Shown here piece by piece: positions 9,391 to 19,711 of a stretch of DNA of 64,000 nt (positions are counted from its first letter, which is position 1; every line of letters begins with the position of its first letter). Source of the DNA: Candidatus Methanoperedenaceae archaeon (GTDB lineage Archaea; Halobacteriota; Methanosarcinia; Methanosarcinales; Methanoperedenaceae); NCBI GenBank assembly GCA_963753595.1, contig CAVWCX010000007.1, positions 118,424 through 182,423 of the forward strand, read 5' to 3'. The notes under the pieces are model-generated. The model made no database searches and was not told the origin of the DNA. It was given only the letters and a program-made list of their open reading frames with translations. A program made the translations under genes and the position numbers.

Positions 9391-10262
9391 CTGGTGATTA
9401 CCTCACATCCATCCGTTGTTACTATGATCGTATGTTCAGCCTGGGAAATAAGGCCGCCCTGGATCTCCTTAAGTATCGGGTATGGCCTGATAATATTTGC
9501 TTTGGCAAGAGCAAGCATTGCAAAATCCACACGCTCACCGAGCCATCGTTTCGCAAATGGGAGCGTCTTATATTTCTCTATTTCCTGCAATAATTTTCTT
9601 GCTGATGGATGCCTGACCGGTCTTTCGGAAACAAGATGGAAGATCTCAGCACTTCCCGCATCATGAATTTTTCCCGCGCCGTTCGTAGCGAAAGGTTCAA
9701 TTGCAATGATATCTCCTTCCTGGAGAATTACACCGCCAGGCATTCTCTTATTCGGGATCGCAGGCGGAGCATGCTGGATGTACTGTGCAAGCCCATGCCC
9801 TGTGAGGTTGATTATGGGTTTATAACCAAAGGAGGTTATAGCATCTTCAATTACTCCCCCGATATCTGAAGTATTAACACCTGCTTTGACGAATTCAATC
9901 GCTTCTTCAAGAGCAGTTTCAGCAGCCTTGACAAGCTTTGGATTACCGGAAAGATCAACGGTTATTGCGGTATCAGCGATATATCCGTCGATATGAACCC
10001 CTATATCCAGTTTTACGATATCTTTTCCAAATACGGATTTATCATTTAAACATGGAGTGGAATGAGCAGCCTCGTCATTTCGTGAAATGTTCACCGGGAA
10101 TGCAGGCTCTCCGCCTTTTTCACGTATCAGGTTCTCTGCGAATTCCGCGACCATAAGAAGGCTTGCACCTTCAGTTACTTTTTCTGCAGTAAGTTTCCGG
10201 ACTTCGGACAGGATCCTTCCTGCCCGCCTGTATTTCTCGATTACTTCATCAGTTTCTGTCAT
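9387..10262 (-). CDS. map: Methionine aminopeptidase type II
   Basis: AFPVNIS, KLDIGVHIDGYIAD, NLTGHG, AIEPF, SQAEHT. Confidence 0.95.
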   Translation of the reverse strand: MTETDEVIEKYRRAGRILSEVRKLTAEKVTEGASLLMVAEFAENLIREKGGEPAFPVNISRNDEAAHSTPCLNDKSVFGKDIVKLDIGVHIDGYIADTAITVDLSGNPKLVKAAETALEEAIEFVKAGVNTSDIGGVIEDAITSFGYKPIINLTGHGLAQYIQHAPPAIPNKRMPGGVILQEGDIIAIEPFATNGAGKIHDAGSAEIFHLVSERPVRHPSARKLLQEIEKYKTLPFAKRWLGERVDFAMLALAKANIIRPYPILKEIQGGLISQAEHTIIVTTDGCEVITR

Positions 10263-11416
10263 TATAACACCAGATTCTTTTCAAACATAGTTAAATTCTT
10301 GCATCCGCTCCGGGTAACGACCACAACATCCTCAATGCGAACACCGCCGATCTTCTTATAATAAAGACCGGGTTCCACTGTGACAATACATCCTGCTTTA
10401 AGTTCCTTTCCATTCTCGCCCAGGTTTGGGCCCTCATGAATATCAAGACCTACTCCATGCCCTGTCGAATGAATAAAACCTTCTGTGAATTCACCGCTTT
10501 TTCCTCTTGAGGTCTCATATCCTCTTTCTTCCAGTACATCACATACGATATTATGAATTTCAGCGCCGGTAACCCCTGCTTTTATTTTATTTAATGCAGC
10601 TTCCTGCGAATCAAGCACGGCAGAATATATATCTTTAAGTTCTTTAGAGGGGGTTCCATGCATGACGGTTCTTGTCATGTCAGAATAATACCTTTCTTTC
10701 CTGGATCGCGGCACCATATCAATGACTATTGGCTCATCTGCGAGCAGTTCTCCTTCTCCTTTCCAGTGCGGGTCGCTGCTTCCTTTCCCGCATGCGATAA
10801 TAATATCCGGCGCTTCACAATTAAAAGACAGTAGTGATCTGTCGATTATTGCCCGCACGTCCTCTGTTTTTAAAGGCGAATCTTCAAGTTCACTCATAAG
10901 AACGCCATTCCTGACAGAAGCATTTTTTATCGCATTGATGCCTTCTGAAAGTGCTTTCTCGCCTGCTCTCTGGGCATATTCGATCGCACTTATTTCTGTT
11001 TGGCTTTTTATATCACGCATTTCACGCAATGGGCTTTTTACCGGTATTATCTCAAAATTTGCCTTCCGGAGGCAATCAGCAAGCTGTACCGGAAAATTAT
11101 ACGGCACTGCGATACGATCTAAATTCTTTGAATGAAGGAGTTCCTGGATCATTTCACAATATGCGGCATCAACATCCCTGTTCTTTCGGACCTTATCCAT
11201 AATGTTGTATCTGGATGTCGGGAACACCTCTTTGACTTTAGATTCTTTTTTTGCCCTTCCCAGTTCCATATCCGATACAAGGATCATATCGTCCCCGGAA
11301 TTCAGGTAAATGAATGAATCATAAGCAAGGAACCCGCTGGCATAATACATATCAGCATTGTGTTCGCTTTCACTCACCATCAGGAATGCCTGGGAATCAG
11401 GGAGAGTCAGTTTCAT
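10262..11416 (-). CDS. Xaa-Pro aminopeptidase/dipeptidase (M24)
   Basis: YYSDMTRT, HSTGHGVGLDIHE, TVEPGLY, GVRIED. Confidence 0.92.
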   Translation of the reverse strand: MKLTLPDSQAFLMVSESEHNADMYYASGFLAYDSFIYLNSGDDMILVSDMELGRAKKESKVKEVFPTSRYNIMDKVRKNRDVDAAYCEMIQELLHSKNLDRIAVPYNFPVQLADCLRKANFEIIPVKSPLREMRDIKSQTEISAIEYAQRAGEKALSEGINAIKNASVRNGVLMSELEDSPLKTEDVRAIIDRSLLSFNCEAPDIIIACGKGSSDPHWKGEGELLADEPIVIDMVPRSRKERYYSDMTRTVMHGTPSKELKDIYSAVLDSQEAALNKIKAGVTGAEIHNIVCDVLEERGYETSRGKSGEFTEGFIHSTGHGVGLDIHEGPNLGENGKELKAGCIVTVEPGLYYKKIGGVRIEDVVVVTRSGCKNLTMFEKNLVL

Positions 11417-11632
11417 TTGTTATATGAGGTAAATTATTGTAGATATTACCTTCGGATAGGTTTATGGGTTCGAAGATCCTTGCCCCTTTCCTGTACGCCC
11501 AAGATGTCGATGATGTGTCATCCACCTGCCTAACTGACCTGACTGGAAACTAATGTCAATGCCCTGGGAAGATTAATGCTGCATAGAAAATCTTATAGCA
11601 TTCACTACCAATATTAAAGTAATTGATATACT

Positions 11633-11923
11633 ATGACTACCCAGGTAAACATACGGCTTGATGAACATCTCCTTCAGGAGATAGATGCGCTTTCACACAT
11701 GCTCCATGTTCCGAGATCTGAATGGCTTAGAATGAAATTAGCAGAAGTTGTAAAAGATAACATTTTAAAATATCGTGAAGCACTGGCGCTGGAATATACA
11801 ATGGGACACATTTCATTTGAAGAATTACATACTTTAATTGGCAAAGATGCCGATGATGTCAAATTGATACATCAGATGACTCAAAAAGGGAAAAAAGAAA
11901 TTGACAAACTATTCGATAAATGA
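11633..11923 (+). CDS. RHH/CopG-type antitoxin
   Basis: QVNIRLD...VPRSEWLR ribbon-helix-helix; ATGA overlap with PIN gene. Confidence 0.75.
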   Translation: MTTQVNIRLDEHLLQEIDALSHMLHVPRSEWLRMKLAEVVKDNILKYREALALEYTMGHISFEELHTLIGKDADDVKLIHQMTQKGKKEIDKLFDK

Positions 11924-12390
11924 CAATTTTTGCGATCGATACTTGTTCTCTGATAGCCCTCCAGTATAGCGGTTATCTTGAAATAATCATCAAAAATGTG
12001 AATCTTTTGATCACAAAAAAAATTGTTTCTGAACTTAAAGAGATTTCTGCTATCCATGATGATGATGGCAGAGCTGCAGGGGATGTTTTAAGATCATTAT
12101 CCGGATTGTCAATCATAGAAACAACGCCAAAATACAGCGGTGAAGAAGAACTGATAGAAGTTGCTCTTCAGGATAGGTGCGATTTTATTGTATCTGATGA
12201 TATACGTGCCATTCCAAAATTTAAGACGGTTAATTTGCCAATAATTTTCAGCAGTCATTTGTTGTATTATATTTATAGAGAAGGTATTATCTCAAAAGTA
12301 GAAGGCCTGGTCGCACTTGAAAAAATGCGAACCAAACGTTCCTGGAAAGAGAATGTTATATACATTGCAGGAATACAATTGTTAAAATAA
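11920..12390 (+). CDS. PIN-domain protein (VapC-like toxin)
   Basis: FAIDTCSLI, GEEELI, IVSDD acidic PIN residues. Confidence 0.75.
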   Translation: MTIFAIDTCSLIALQYSGYLEIIIKNVNLLITKKIVSELKEISAIHDDDGRAAGDVLRSLSGLSIIETTPKYSGEEELIEVALQDRCDFIVSDDIRAIPKFKTVNLPIIFSSHLLYYIYREGIISKVEGLVALEKMRTKRSWKENVIYIAGIQLLK

Positions 12391-12408
12391 TTACATAAAT
12401 CAAAACTT

Positions 12409-12606
12409 CATCTGTCATCGGTTAAGGAATTTAATGGCTAAGAAAATATCTTTTTATGGTTTCTATTAGATCTCCAATTAGTCTAAATAGAACGCGGATG
12501 ACGCTGATTACGCGGATTTACACGGATAATCCAATCCGCGCTTATCCGCGTAATCCGTGCAATCTGTGTTCTATGTCCTGATTTTTCTCTTAACCGATGA
12601 CATATG
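12409..12606. mobile_element. 198-bp MITE with 18-bp terminal inverted repeats and 10-bp target-site duplication
   Basis: TIR CATCTGTCATCGGTTAAG / CTTAACCGATGACATATG (1 mismatch); ATCAAAACTT direct repeat at 12399-12408 and 12607-12616. Confidence 0.85.
12487..12574. repeat. Imperfect long hairpin built of 9-bp ACGCGGATT-like units inside the MITE
   Basis: atagaACGCGGATG ACGCTGATT ACGCGGATT...AATCCGCG..TATCCGCGT AATCCGTGC AATCTGTGTtctat. Confidence 0.75.
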
Positions 12607-12748
12607 ATCAAAACTTAATTGCCTTGTTTCCTGAAATACGGCAGCTTTATTACGAAAAAGTGTATAAAAAGACAATTGGGAAAATACCTAAATAGTATTG
12701 ACACCATATATAGTTCGTATAAATACGAATAAATATGAGGAAAAAAAC

Positions 12749-13639
12749 ATGAAAGAAGAACGCTGGGGCAACCTGGGCTCAAAATTCGCGCATCTTACGA
12801 GTGCTCATCCCTGTTATAATGAAAAAGCGCATTTTACGACCGCAAGGATCCACCTGCCAGTTGCGCCGCGCTGCAATATACAGTGCAACTACTGTATTCG
12901 GAAATTAGATAAATGCGAACACAGGCCAGGTGTTGCGTCATTTATTCTTAATCCCCGTGAAGCTCTTGTCAGGGTTGATAAATACGCAAAGGAAATGCAA
13001 AATCTTAAAGTAGTAGGTATCGCCGGACCCGGTGAGGCGCTTGCAAATGAAGATAGCTTTGAAACCATGCGCCTTGTGCATGAAAAATACCCGGAACTTA
13101 TAAAATGTGTGGCAAGCAACGGTCTTATGCTTTCTGAAAGAGTTGATGACCTTGTCAAAGCCGGAGTAACAAGCGTTACTGTAACTATAAACGCAGTTGA
13201 CCCTGAGGTCGGCGCAAAGATATATTCATTTGTCCGCTACCATGATAAGACTTATAAAGGCGTGGAAGGCGCAAAACTCCTGATAGAAAAACAGTTCGAG
13301 GGGGTAAAGAAGGCAAGTGAAGCGGGACTTAATGTTAAAGTCAACACAGTGCTTATTCCTGAGATCAACTTTTCCCAGATAAAGGAAGTTGCTAAAAAAG
13401 CGGCAGAGAACGGTGCAATAATAATGAATATCATTCCAATGATACCGCTTCACAATTTTGAAAAGGAAAGACCCCCGGATTGCGATGAACTCAATATGGC
13501 AAGAACCATTGCAGAAGAATTCCTGCCCCAGTTCAGGCTGTGCAGGCAGTGCCGCGCAGATGCGGTTGGTGTACCGGGTGCAGAGCCATGCGGCTCACCC
13601 GTGCAGCAGCGCACAACCAGCGAATACTATCATGCTTAA
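12749..13639 (+). CDS. nifB: NifB-like radical SAM protein (no NifX domain)
   Basis: HPC, CNIQCNYC, AGPGEALAN, CRQCRADA; start set at ATG 12749 after GAGG. Confidence 0.85.
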   Translation: MKEERWGNLGSKFAHLTSAHPCYNEKAHFTTARIHLPVAPRCNIQCNYCIRKLDKCEHRPGVASFILNPREALVRVDKYAKEMQNLKVVGIAGPGEALANEDSFETMRLVHEKYPELIKCVASNGLMLSERVDDLVKAGVTSVTVTINAVDPEVGAKIYSFVRYHDKTYKGVEGAKLLIEKQFEGVKKASEAGLNVKVNTVLIPEINFSQIKEVAKKAAENGAIIMNIIPMIPLHNFEKERPPDCDELNMARTIAEEFLPQFRLCRQCRADAVGVPGAEPCGSPVQQRTTSEYYHA

Positions 13640-13677
13640 TATTCATCAAGGAAATAAAAAACAAAAGAGGTGAAAAA

Positions 13678-13833
13678 ATGTGCTTTGCAGATTCATCGGT
13701 CAGCGTGGAAATTGAGGAAGGAGATATGGTATTTGACCAGTATAAATGCATGGATTGCAGTTCCAGTTTCCGCGGGATCGGGAAAAAGGTAAAATGCCCT
13801 ACGTGTGAATCAGGAAATGTGAAGAAGGTTTAG
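13678..13833 (+). CDS. 51-aa zinc-ribbon protein
   Basis: MCFADSS...YKCMDC...KCPTCES; RBS GAGGTGA. Confidence 0.75.
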   Translation: MCFADSSVSVEIEEGDMVFDQYKCMDCSSSFRGIGKKVKCPTCESGNVKKV

Positions 13834-14625
13834 TACCTCATCCATGCTACCGCTCCTGAAACCCATAAGGTCTAGTGTAACATAAGAAAAACCAAGCCTC
13901 TTAAATTCAACAGAAACCGCATCGCGCATCTCCATCAACCGAATCATCTCATCAGGGGTGATCTCAATGCGGGCAATCCCGGCATGGTCGCGCACACGTA
14001 CCACATTGAACCCGCATCCACGAAGAAAATTCTCGGCAGCTCCCACGCGCCTTAAAGCATCAGCCGTGATCGTTTGTCCATACGGGAAACGGGACGAAAG
14101 GCATGCCATTGAAGGCTTATCTGCGACAGATAAACCAAGTTTTCGGGCTATCTCCCTTATCTCTTCTTTTGTGATCTTAAATTCCACGAAAGGATTATAG
14201 ATCCCCTCTTCAACCACAGCCCTGTGTCCTGGCCTGCGGTTCTTCAGATCGGAAATATTTGTTCCTTCGAGAATAGTTTTTATGTCATACTCTGAGGCGA
14301 TTTTTTTTAGCTCCCTTATGAGTCCCTTTTTGCAATGATAGCATCTATCTACAGGATTTTCTGCAAACCCGGGCTCGCCAAGTTCATCGTAGTATATCGT
14401 TTTATGCGTAATTCCGATCTCTTTCGCTACTGTTTTTGCACGATCAAGCTCACCCGGGGCAAGTGTCTGTGAATCCGCTGTGACAGCAATTGCCTTTTTT
14501 CCAAGTGCCCTGTATGCCAGAGCCGCAAGGACAGAGCTATCCACTCCGCCTGAAAATGCAATAAGAACGCTGCCTTTTTCTGCAATATCTGCCAGAATAA
14601 ACTGTATTTTTTCGTCAATTGACAT
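13810..14625 (-). CDS. larE: ATP-dependent sulfur transferase LarE-like (PP-loop)
   Basis: AFSGGVDS, RCYHCK, ACLSSRFPYG, GFRSGSM. Confidence 0.9.
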   Translation of the reverse strand: MSIDEKIQFILADIAEKGSVLIAFSGGVDSSVLAALAYRALGKKAIAVTADSQTLAPGELDRAKTVAKEIGITHKTIYYDELGEPGFAENPVDRCYHCKKGLIRELKKIASEYDIKTILEGTNISDLKNRRPGHRAVVEEGIYNPFVEFKITKEEIREIARKLGLSVADKPSMACLSSRFPYGQTITADALRRVGAAENFLRGCGFNVVRVRDHAGIARIEITPDEMIRLMEMRDAVSVEFKRLGFSYVTLDLMGFRSGSMDEVLNLLHIS

Positions 14626-14979
14626 TGCAATAATAACAATCCGAAAAGATGTAAGCGTTTCTATAAAACTGATGAAACATGCAATATACTGAATAGAACA
14701 TTTTCCACCTGAAATGAAGGTAAAACAGTAAACATATTTCGAAAGAATGACATTAATGTGCTAAAATCAATATCTATTATTCGTGTTAAATCATGAATCG
14801 ATAGCCTATGGCTGATTTCATGTGCTGTTTTTCCATCATAATAATGAATATCATTATTTAATTTCTCCATTAGAAATAAAGGGGTTAAAATAATAATAAA
14901 AATGGAAAATGATCAGAAAACAATCAGGAAATATGTTGGAAATATTGACTATTGAAAAAAAAGTATTTTATAAGAACAA

Positions 14980-15391
14980 TTATTTCAACAATATTGTAAA
15001 TGTATGTTTGTGTTCTTCCTCTTCGGCAAGGATCTCTTCAAACAGCAATCTTGTGGTCGAATCTCCTTTTTTTGAAGCAAAAACAATGATTTTCTTATAT
15101 AGCTCAATAGCTTCATTTTCTGCTTCAAGATCATGTCTCCACCATCTCTTCAAGCGAACCGCCAACTTTTATGGGTGTGGGTATTACTGTCGGGATCCCG
15201 CCAAGATAAAACAGCCTTTCTGCGATCTTCTCAGCATGCTTCATTTCAACTATAGCAATATCTTCAAAAACGTCCTTTACTTCAGGGCTTTTCATCCCCA
15301 TTGCCATCACATGCTGCCACATATACTGGACACTTACACCTATCTCCCTGGCTATCGCTTTATTAAGTAATTCTATTAATTCACCCGCCAT
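14980..15391 (-). pseudogene. Ferritin-like/bacterioferritin gene split by a 1-bp insertion near 15140
   Basis: ORFs 15131-15391 (EMKHAE) and 14980-15165 (EEEEHK) join as ...EEMVRHDLEAE... if one G is removed; may be an assembly error. Confidence 0.8.
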
Positions 15392-15439
15392 AATTGATCT
15401 ATGTATTATTTATTTTGTTCTTATTTAAGGATTGACATT

Positions 15440-16432
15440 TCACTTAATTTCCAATCCTTTCACATTTATCCCTTCTTCCACGATTTCCCCAACTACTTTT
15501 CCACCTAACATCTGTGCCGCATTTTTTGCATCTTTTTTGGGGATTACGACTACAAAACCCATACCCATATTGAATGTTTTATACATCTCAAGGTCTTCCA
15601 CATCCCCTTCTTCCTGCAGGAACTTGAATATCGGCTGGGGTTCCAATGGGTCATTGATATCAAATCCGTATTTTGTGGTGCGGCGAAGTTTCATAAGACC
15701 GCTTCCGGTAATATGGGCAAGCCCATGAATATCGAACTTTTTTGCTGCATCCAGTATTTCCATATAGATCCTTGTAGGTACCAGCAATTCATCCCCTATA
15801 GTCGTCTCTTCATTGTATGGAAATGTGTCATGATATGAATGGCCTGCGTCTTTTATGATCCTCCGTACGAGGGAATATCCATTACTGTGCACGCCGCTTG
15901 ATGGTATCCCGACAATGGCATTGCCTATTTCGATCTTTTCTCCTGTGATCACTTTCTCTTTTTTGACCATTCCCATACATGTGCCTGCAAGGTCAAAACC
16001 ATTGATAATATCCGGAAGAGTAGCAGTTTCCCCCCCTACAATGGTCATCCTTGATATTTCGGCACCTTTTGTAAGCCCTTCCCCGATTTGTCCCATGATC
16101 TCCGTATTGGGTTCGTGTATGGCGATGTAATCAACAAATGCAAGAGGTTCAATCCCCATAGCCAGAAGGTCGTTCACATTCATGGCGATACAATCAATCC
16201 CGATCGTGTTCCATCTTTTCATCTCGTTTGCGATCAGGACCTTTGAACCCACACCATCTGTAGTCAGTGCAAGAGCATATTCCCCAAAATCGATCAGACC
16301 CGCATAGTGGCCAACATCGGTTATAGGGGCGCCAATGCCTTTGCGTTTATAGGTAAGCTGTTTTGCAAGGGCAGCTATTGCCCGGTTTTCAGTATCGATA
16401 TCAACGCCTGCTTTTGCATAAGTTAACGCCAT
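15440..16432 (-). CDS. purM: Phosphoribosylformylglycinamidine cyclo-ligase
   Basis: TDGVGSK, GIDCIAMNVND, GGETA, SSGVHSNG, HITG, TFNMG. Confidence 0.96.
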   Translation of the reverse strand: MALTYAKAGVDIDTENRAIAALAKQLTYKRKGIGAPITDVGHYAGLIDFGEYALALTTDGVGSKVLIANEMKRWNTIGIDCIAMNVNDLLAMGIEPLAFVDYIAIHEPNTEIMGQIGEGLTKGAEISRMTIVGGETATLPDIINGFDLAGTCMGMVKKEKVITGEKIEIGNAIVGIPSSGVHSNGYSLVRRIIKDAGHSYHDTFPYNEETTIGDELLVPTRIYMEILDAAKKFDIHGLAHITGSGLMKLRRTTKYGFDINDPLEPQPIFKFLQEEGDVEDLEMYKTFNMGMGFVVVIPKKDAKNAAQMLGGKVVGEIVEEGINVKGLEIK

Positions 16433-16800
16433 ACACGCTTCAATAAGAGTGATTGCATAAAGATTTTATGATTGGATAGAGCAGGCGTTGGATAGGTGTG
16501 TGTGGGAGTGACATAAAAAAATGCCTGCTCATACTTATGATAATTACAATACTATTTAACTATTTTGGTTGGTCGTAATAAATACCGATAAAATATATGT
16601 ATTCTAGAAATAATTGCAAAGCTCTGGTAACGAAATAATTCACAAAAAAGGAAAAATTATTAAACTTACTTTGTGCGGGTCAAGGGGTAGAGAACGCCCA
16701 ACGCCTTTAGGCTTAGGCTGAATCGTACCCCTTGGTAGTTATTACTTTCACATCGTCCTATCATAAAAGATATATGTTCCTTAAAGAATGTCAATGCTGC

Positions 16801-17958
16801 ATGAAAAAAACGTATCAATTCAGGATATACCCGAACAAGAATCAGGAAGTGATACTGAACAGAACCCTCTCTACATGCAGACGGCTTTATAATAATTCTC
16901 TTGCAGAACGGAAACAACAGGCAGAGCTTAACCGATTGAAAAAGGATTTTCAGTTATTCCCGTGGGGTAAACCTGAATGGATAAATAAATATGACCAGAT
17001 GCTTGACCTGACAGCTACCAAAACACCATATCAAAAAGAAGTATTCTCTCAGGTACTCCAAGATGTGATTAAACGAGTTGACCACAGTTTCAAGAATTTC
17101 TTTAAAGGCTTCGGGTATCCCCGGTTTCAGGGACGGGATAGGTATAACAGTTTCACATATCCGCAATCGGGCTTCAAAATCGAAGATGGAAAACTTAATC
17201 TGTCGAAAATCGGAAGTATCAAGATCATCCTGCATAGACCGATTGAAGGCATAATCAAGACCTGTACCATCAAAAAGGATATTGACCAGTGGTATGTTTC
17301 GTTTTCCTGTGAAATTGAAGACCCGATCCCCGTTGAGATCAAGACCAAAACAGGTATTGACGTGGGCTTAATCGACCTGATAACCCTGAGCAACGGGGAA
17401 CAGGTCAAACCGCCAAAATTCCTGCGAGAATCAGAGAATAATCTGACACAAGAACAGAAAAGGTTAAGCCGGAAAAAGCTCAGTTCAAAGAACCGAAATA
17501 AGCAGCGGGCGATAGTATCCAGGGTACATAGAAAAATCAGGAATCAAAGAAAAGATTTTGCTCATAAGACCAGCAAGGTTCTTGTGGATTCCTATGACCG
17601 TATCGTGTTTGAAGATTTGCAGATAAAAAACATGGTGCAAAACCATCATTTTGCTAAATCCATCTCCGATGCTGGCTGGTATCAATTAATGCAATTCACA
17701 AAATCCAAGGCAGAATGTGCCGGGAAAATAGTTGAATTCGTTAATCCCACAGGAACATCTCAGACCTGTATTTGCGGTTTCCGTGTCCCGAAAGACCTTT
17801 CAATGAGGGTACATAGTTGTCCTTCCTGTGGTCTTGTCATGGGAAGAGATCAGGTGTCTGCAATATTAATCGAGAATAGATGTACGGTAGGAACTACCGG
17901 AATTTACGCCCGTCAAGGATATCTCAGCGGAGTATCAATGCAGCGGGACGCTCCGTGA
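16801..17958 (+). CDS. tnpB: RNA-guided endonuclease TnpB
   Basis: KTYQFRIYP, RuvC GIDVG / FEDL / RD, Zn-finger TSQTCICG..CPSCG; start may be 16774 or 16801. Confidence 0.93.
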   Translation: MKKTYQFRIYPNKNQEVILNRTLSTCRRLYNNSLAERKQQAELNRLKKDFQLFPWGKPEWINKYDQMLDLTATKTPYQKEVFSQVLQDVIKRVDHSFKNFFKGFGYPRFQGRDRYNSFTYPQSGFKIEDGKLNLSKIGSIKIILHRPIEGIIKTCTIKKDIDQWYVSFSCEIEDPIPVEIKTKTGIDVGLIDLITLSNGEQVKPPKFLRESENNLTQEQKRLSRKKLSSKNRNKQRAIVSRVHRKIRNQRKDFAHKTSKVLVDSYDRIVFEDLQIKNMVQNHHFAKSISDAGWYQLMQFTKSKAECAGKIVEFVNPTGTSQTCICGFRVPKDLSMRVHSCPSCGLVMGRDQVSAILIENRCTVGTTGIYARQGYLSGVSMQRDAP

Positions 17959-17963
17959 CTTTA

Positions 17964-19694
17964 GAGGCTGTCCGATAATTAACTGAAAAACTCTCCGATT
18001 TTTCCATAATTCCAAATTATAATCAAGCCCATTGCTTGCGAAATAATTTCAAAACATTTATATCATACAAATACAGTTTTTAAATAAATATGACTTTCTA
18101 TAAAGACCTCAAAGACCAGGAACTGCTCTTACCTCCAAACATTCGTGATATGATACCAAAAAATCACATCTGCCATCTGGTTGATAAAATAATCCAGAAT
18201 ATGGATCTATCTGATATCGAAAAGGAATACGAAGGAGCAGGACACCCCGCATATCATCCAAAACTCATCCTCAAGCTTCTGATATTGGGTCAAATAGATG
18301 GAGTATGTTCATCAAGGATAATAGCAAAAAATGCTAGAGAGAACGTGGTATACATTTACCTTGCAGGTCTTCTCCAACCTGATTTCAGGACGATAAGCGA
18401 CTTTCGGAAAAACAATCTTGAAATGGTCAAATCATCATTTCATGAAGTTGTAAAATTCGCAAAAGATCTTGGCATGGTATCTCTTGGTCACATATGCATT
18501 GATGGAACAAAAATAAAAGCCAATGCATCAAATCACAGTGCAGTAACAAAAGATGATTTTTTAAAATTGAAGGAACTCGTTGAAAGAGAACTGGAAGAAG
18601 GCATCAGAATAGACGAGGAAGAGGACAGGATCCATGGTGATAAGAATATCGATGAGCTGCCAGATAACATCTTTGACAAAACGATAGCGGAAAAATTGAA
18701 AGAGAAATATCAGTCAGGGAGCAAAGAACAAAAAGAAAAAATCAAGAAACAGGTTGATAAGATCGAAAAAGAAATCGAAAAATCAGAGAGTGCCATCAGT
18801 GCTACTGATCCTGAAAGCAGGTTCATGCCAAATAACAAGAAGGTCACTGAATATTCCTATAATCCTCAGATAACAGCGGATTCTTCTTTTGGGATAATCA
18901 TTTCCAACGATGTCACGTCAGAGGTAAGGGATGCAAATCAGCTTCAGCCTCAGATAATACAGGCAGAAGAGAATGTTGGAACCCTTCCGGAAGGTACGAA
19001 GGTGAGTGCTGATAATGGATATTCAAGCAGCAAGAATCTCAAATTCATGAAGAAAAAAAAGCTGGATGGCTATATCCCGGATGAAAAAACGGCATCAAAC
19101 CTGAACAAAAATGAAGGAAAACCAGAAAACCCATTCGGTAAAGAGAATTTCGATTATGACCCGATAGAAGATTGTTTCATTTGCCCCAATAATCAGAAAC
19201 TGACGTTCCGTTTTGAGTATGTGGATATTGCCAAAAACAGAAATGTGTGGATTTATAAAGGCACTCAGTGTAAGCAATGTCCTGATCGTAAAAAATGTTC
19301 AAAGAACTCTCGGGATGGAAAAGTGATCAAGAATTATGAGGGAATGGAAGAGGAAAGAAGGAAGATGGCTTCTAAATTGATGTCAAAAGAGGGAGCATTG
19401 ACATATCAGACGAGGAAAAAGGTCGTGGAGTGCATCTTTGGTCATATCAAGAGGAATCTTGGGTTCAGGGAATTTCTGTTGAGAGGGATTAATGGGGCGA
19501 AAATTGAGTTCAATCTTACCTGCATTGCTTCAAACCTGAGAAGAATGTGGAACTTTTTGAATGGATTTATTGAAGTAAGATGTTAAATTGGAGAAGAAGT
19601 ATCGTTTTTTTTTTGTTTGTCTGAAAAATTAGGCAATTATTGCTGTAACATTGCTTGAATAAACTGTATTTGATATCAAATGTCGGTCAACCTC
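17964..19694 (+). mobile_element. IS1182-family insertion sequence
   Basis: Imperfect TIR GAGGCTGTCCGATAATT / AAATGTCGGTCAACCTC; 5-bp duplication CTTTA at 17959-17963 and 19695-19699. Confidence 0.88.
18090..19586 (+). CDS. IS1182-family DDE transposase
   Basis: G.PAYHP, PDFRTISDFR, IDGTKIKANAS, TDPESRFM, ADNGY, VECIFGHIK. Confidence 0.93.
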   Translation: MTFYKDLKDQELLLPPNIRDMIPKNHICHLVDKIIQNMDLSDIEKEYEGAGHPAYHPKLILKLLILGQIDGVCSSRIIAKNARENVVYIYLAGLLQPDFRTISDFRKNNLEMVKSSFHEVVKFAKDLGMVSLGHICIDGTKIKANASNHSAVTKDDFLKLKELVERELEEGIRIDEEEDRIHGDKNIDELPDNIFDKTIAEKLKEKYQSGSKEQKEKIKKQVDKIEKEIEKSESAISATDPESRFMPNNKKVTEYSYNPQITADSSFGIIISNDVTSEVRDANQLQPQIIQAEENVGTLPEGTKVSADNGYSSSKNLKFMKKKKLDGYIPDEKTASNLNKNEGKPENPFGKENFDYDPIEDCFICPNNQKLTFRFEYVDIAKNRNVWIYKGTQCKQCPDRKKCSKNSRDGKVIKNYEGMEEERRKMASKLMSKEGALTYQTRKKVVECIFGHIKRNLGFREFLLRGINGAKIEFNLTCIASNLRRMWNFLNGFIEVRC

Positions 19695-19711
19695 CTTTAG
19701 CCCGGAGCAGT

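Noticed and set aside
12487-12574. Short repeats as a possible CRISPR array
   Set aside because: 9-bp units arranged as an inverted hairpin with no spacers; no cas genes.
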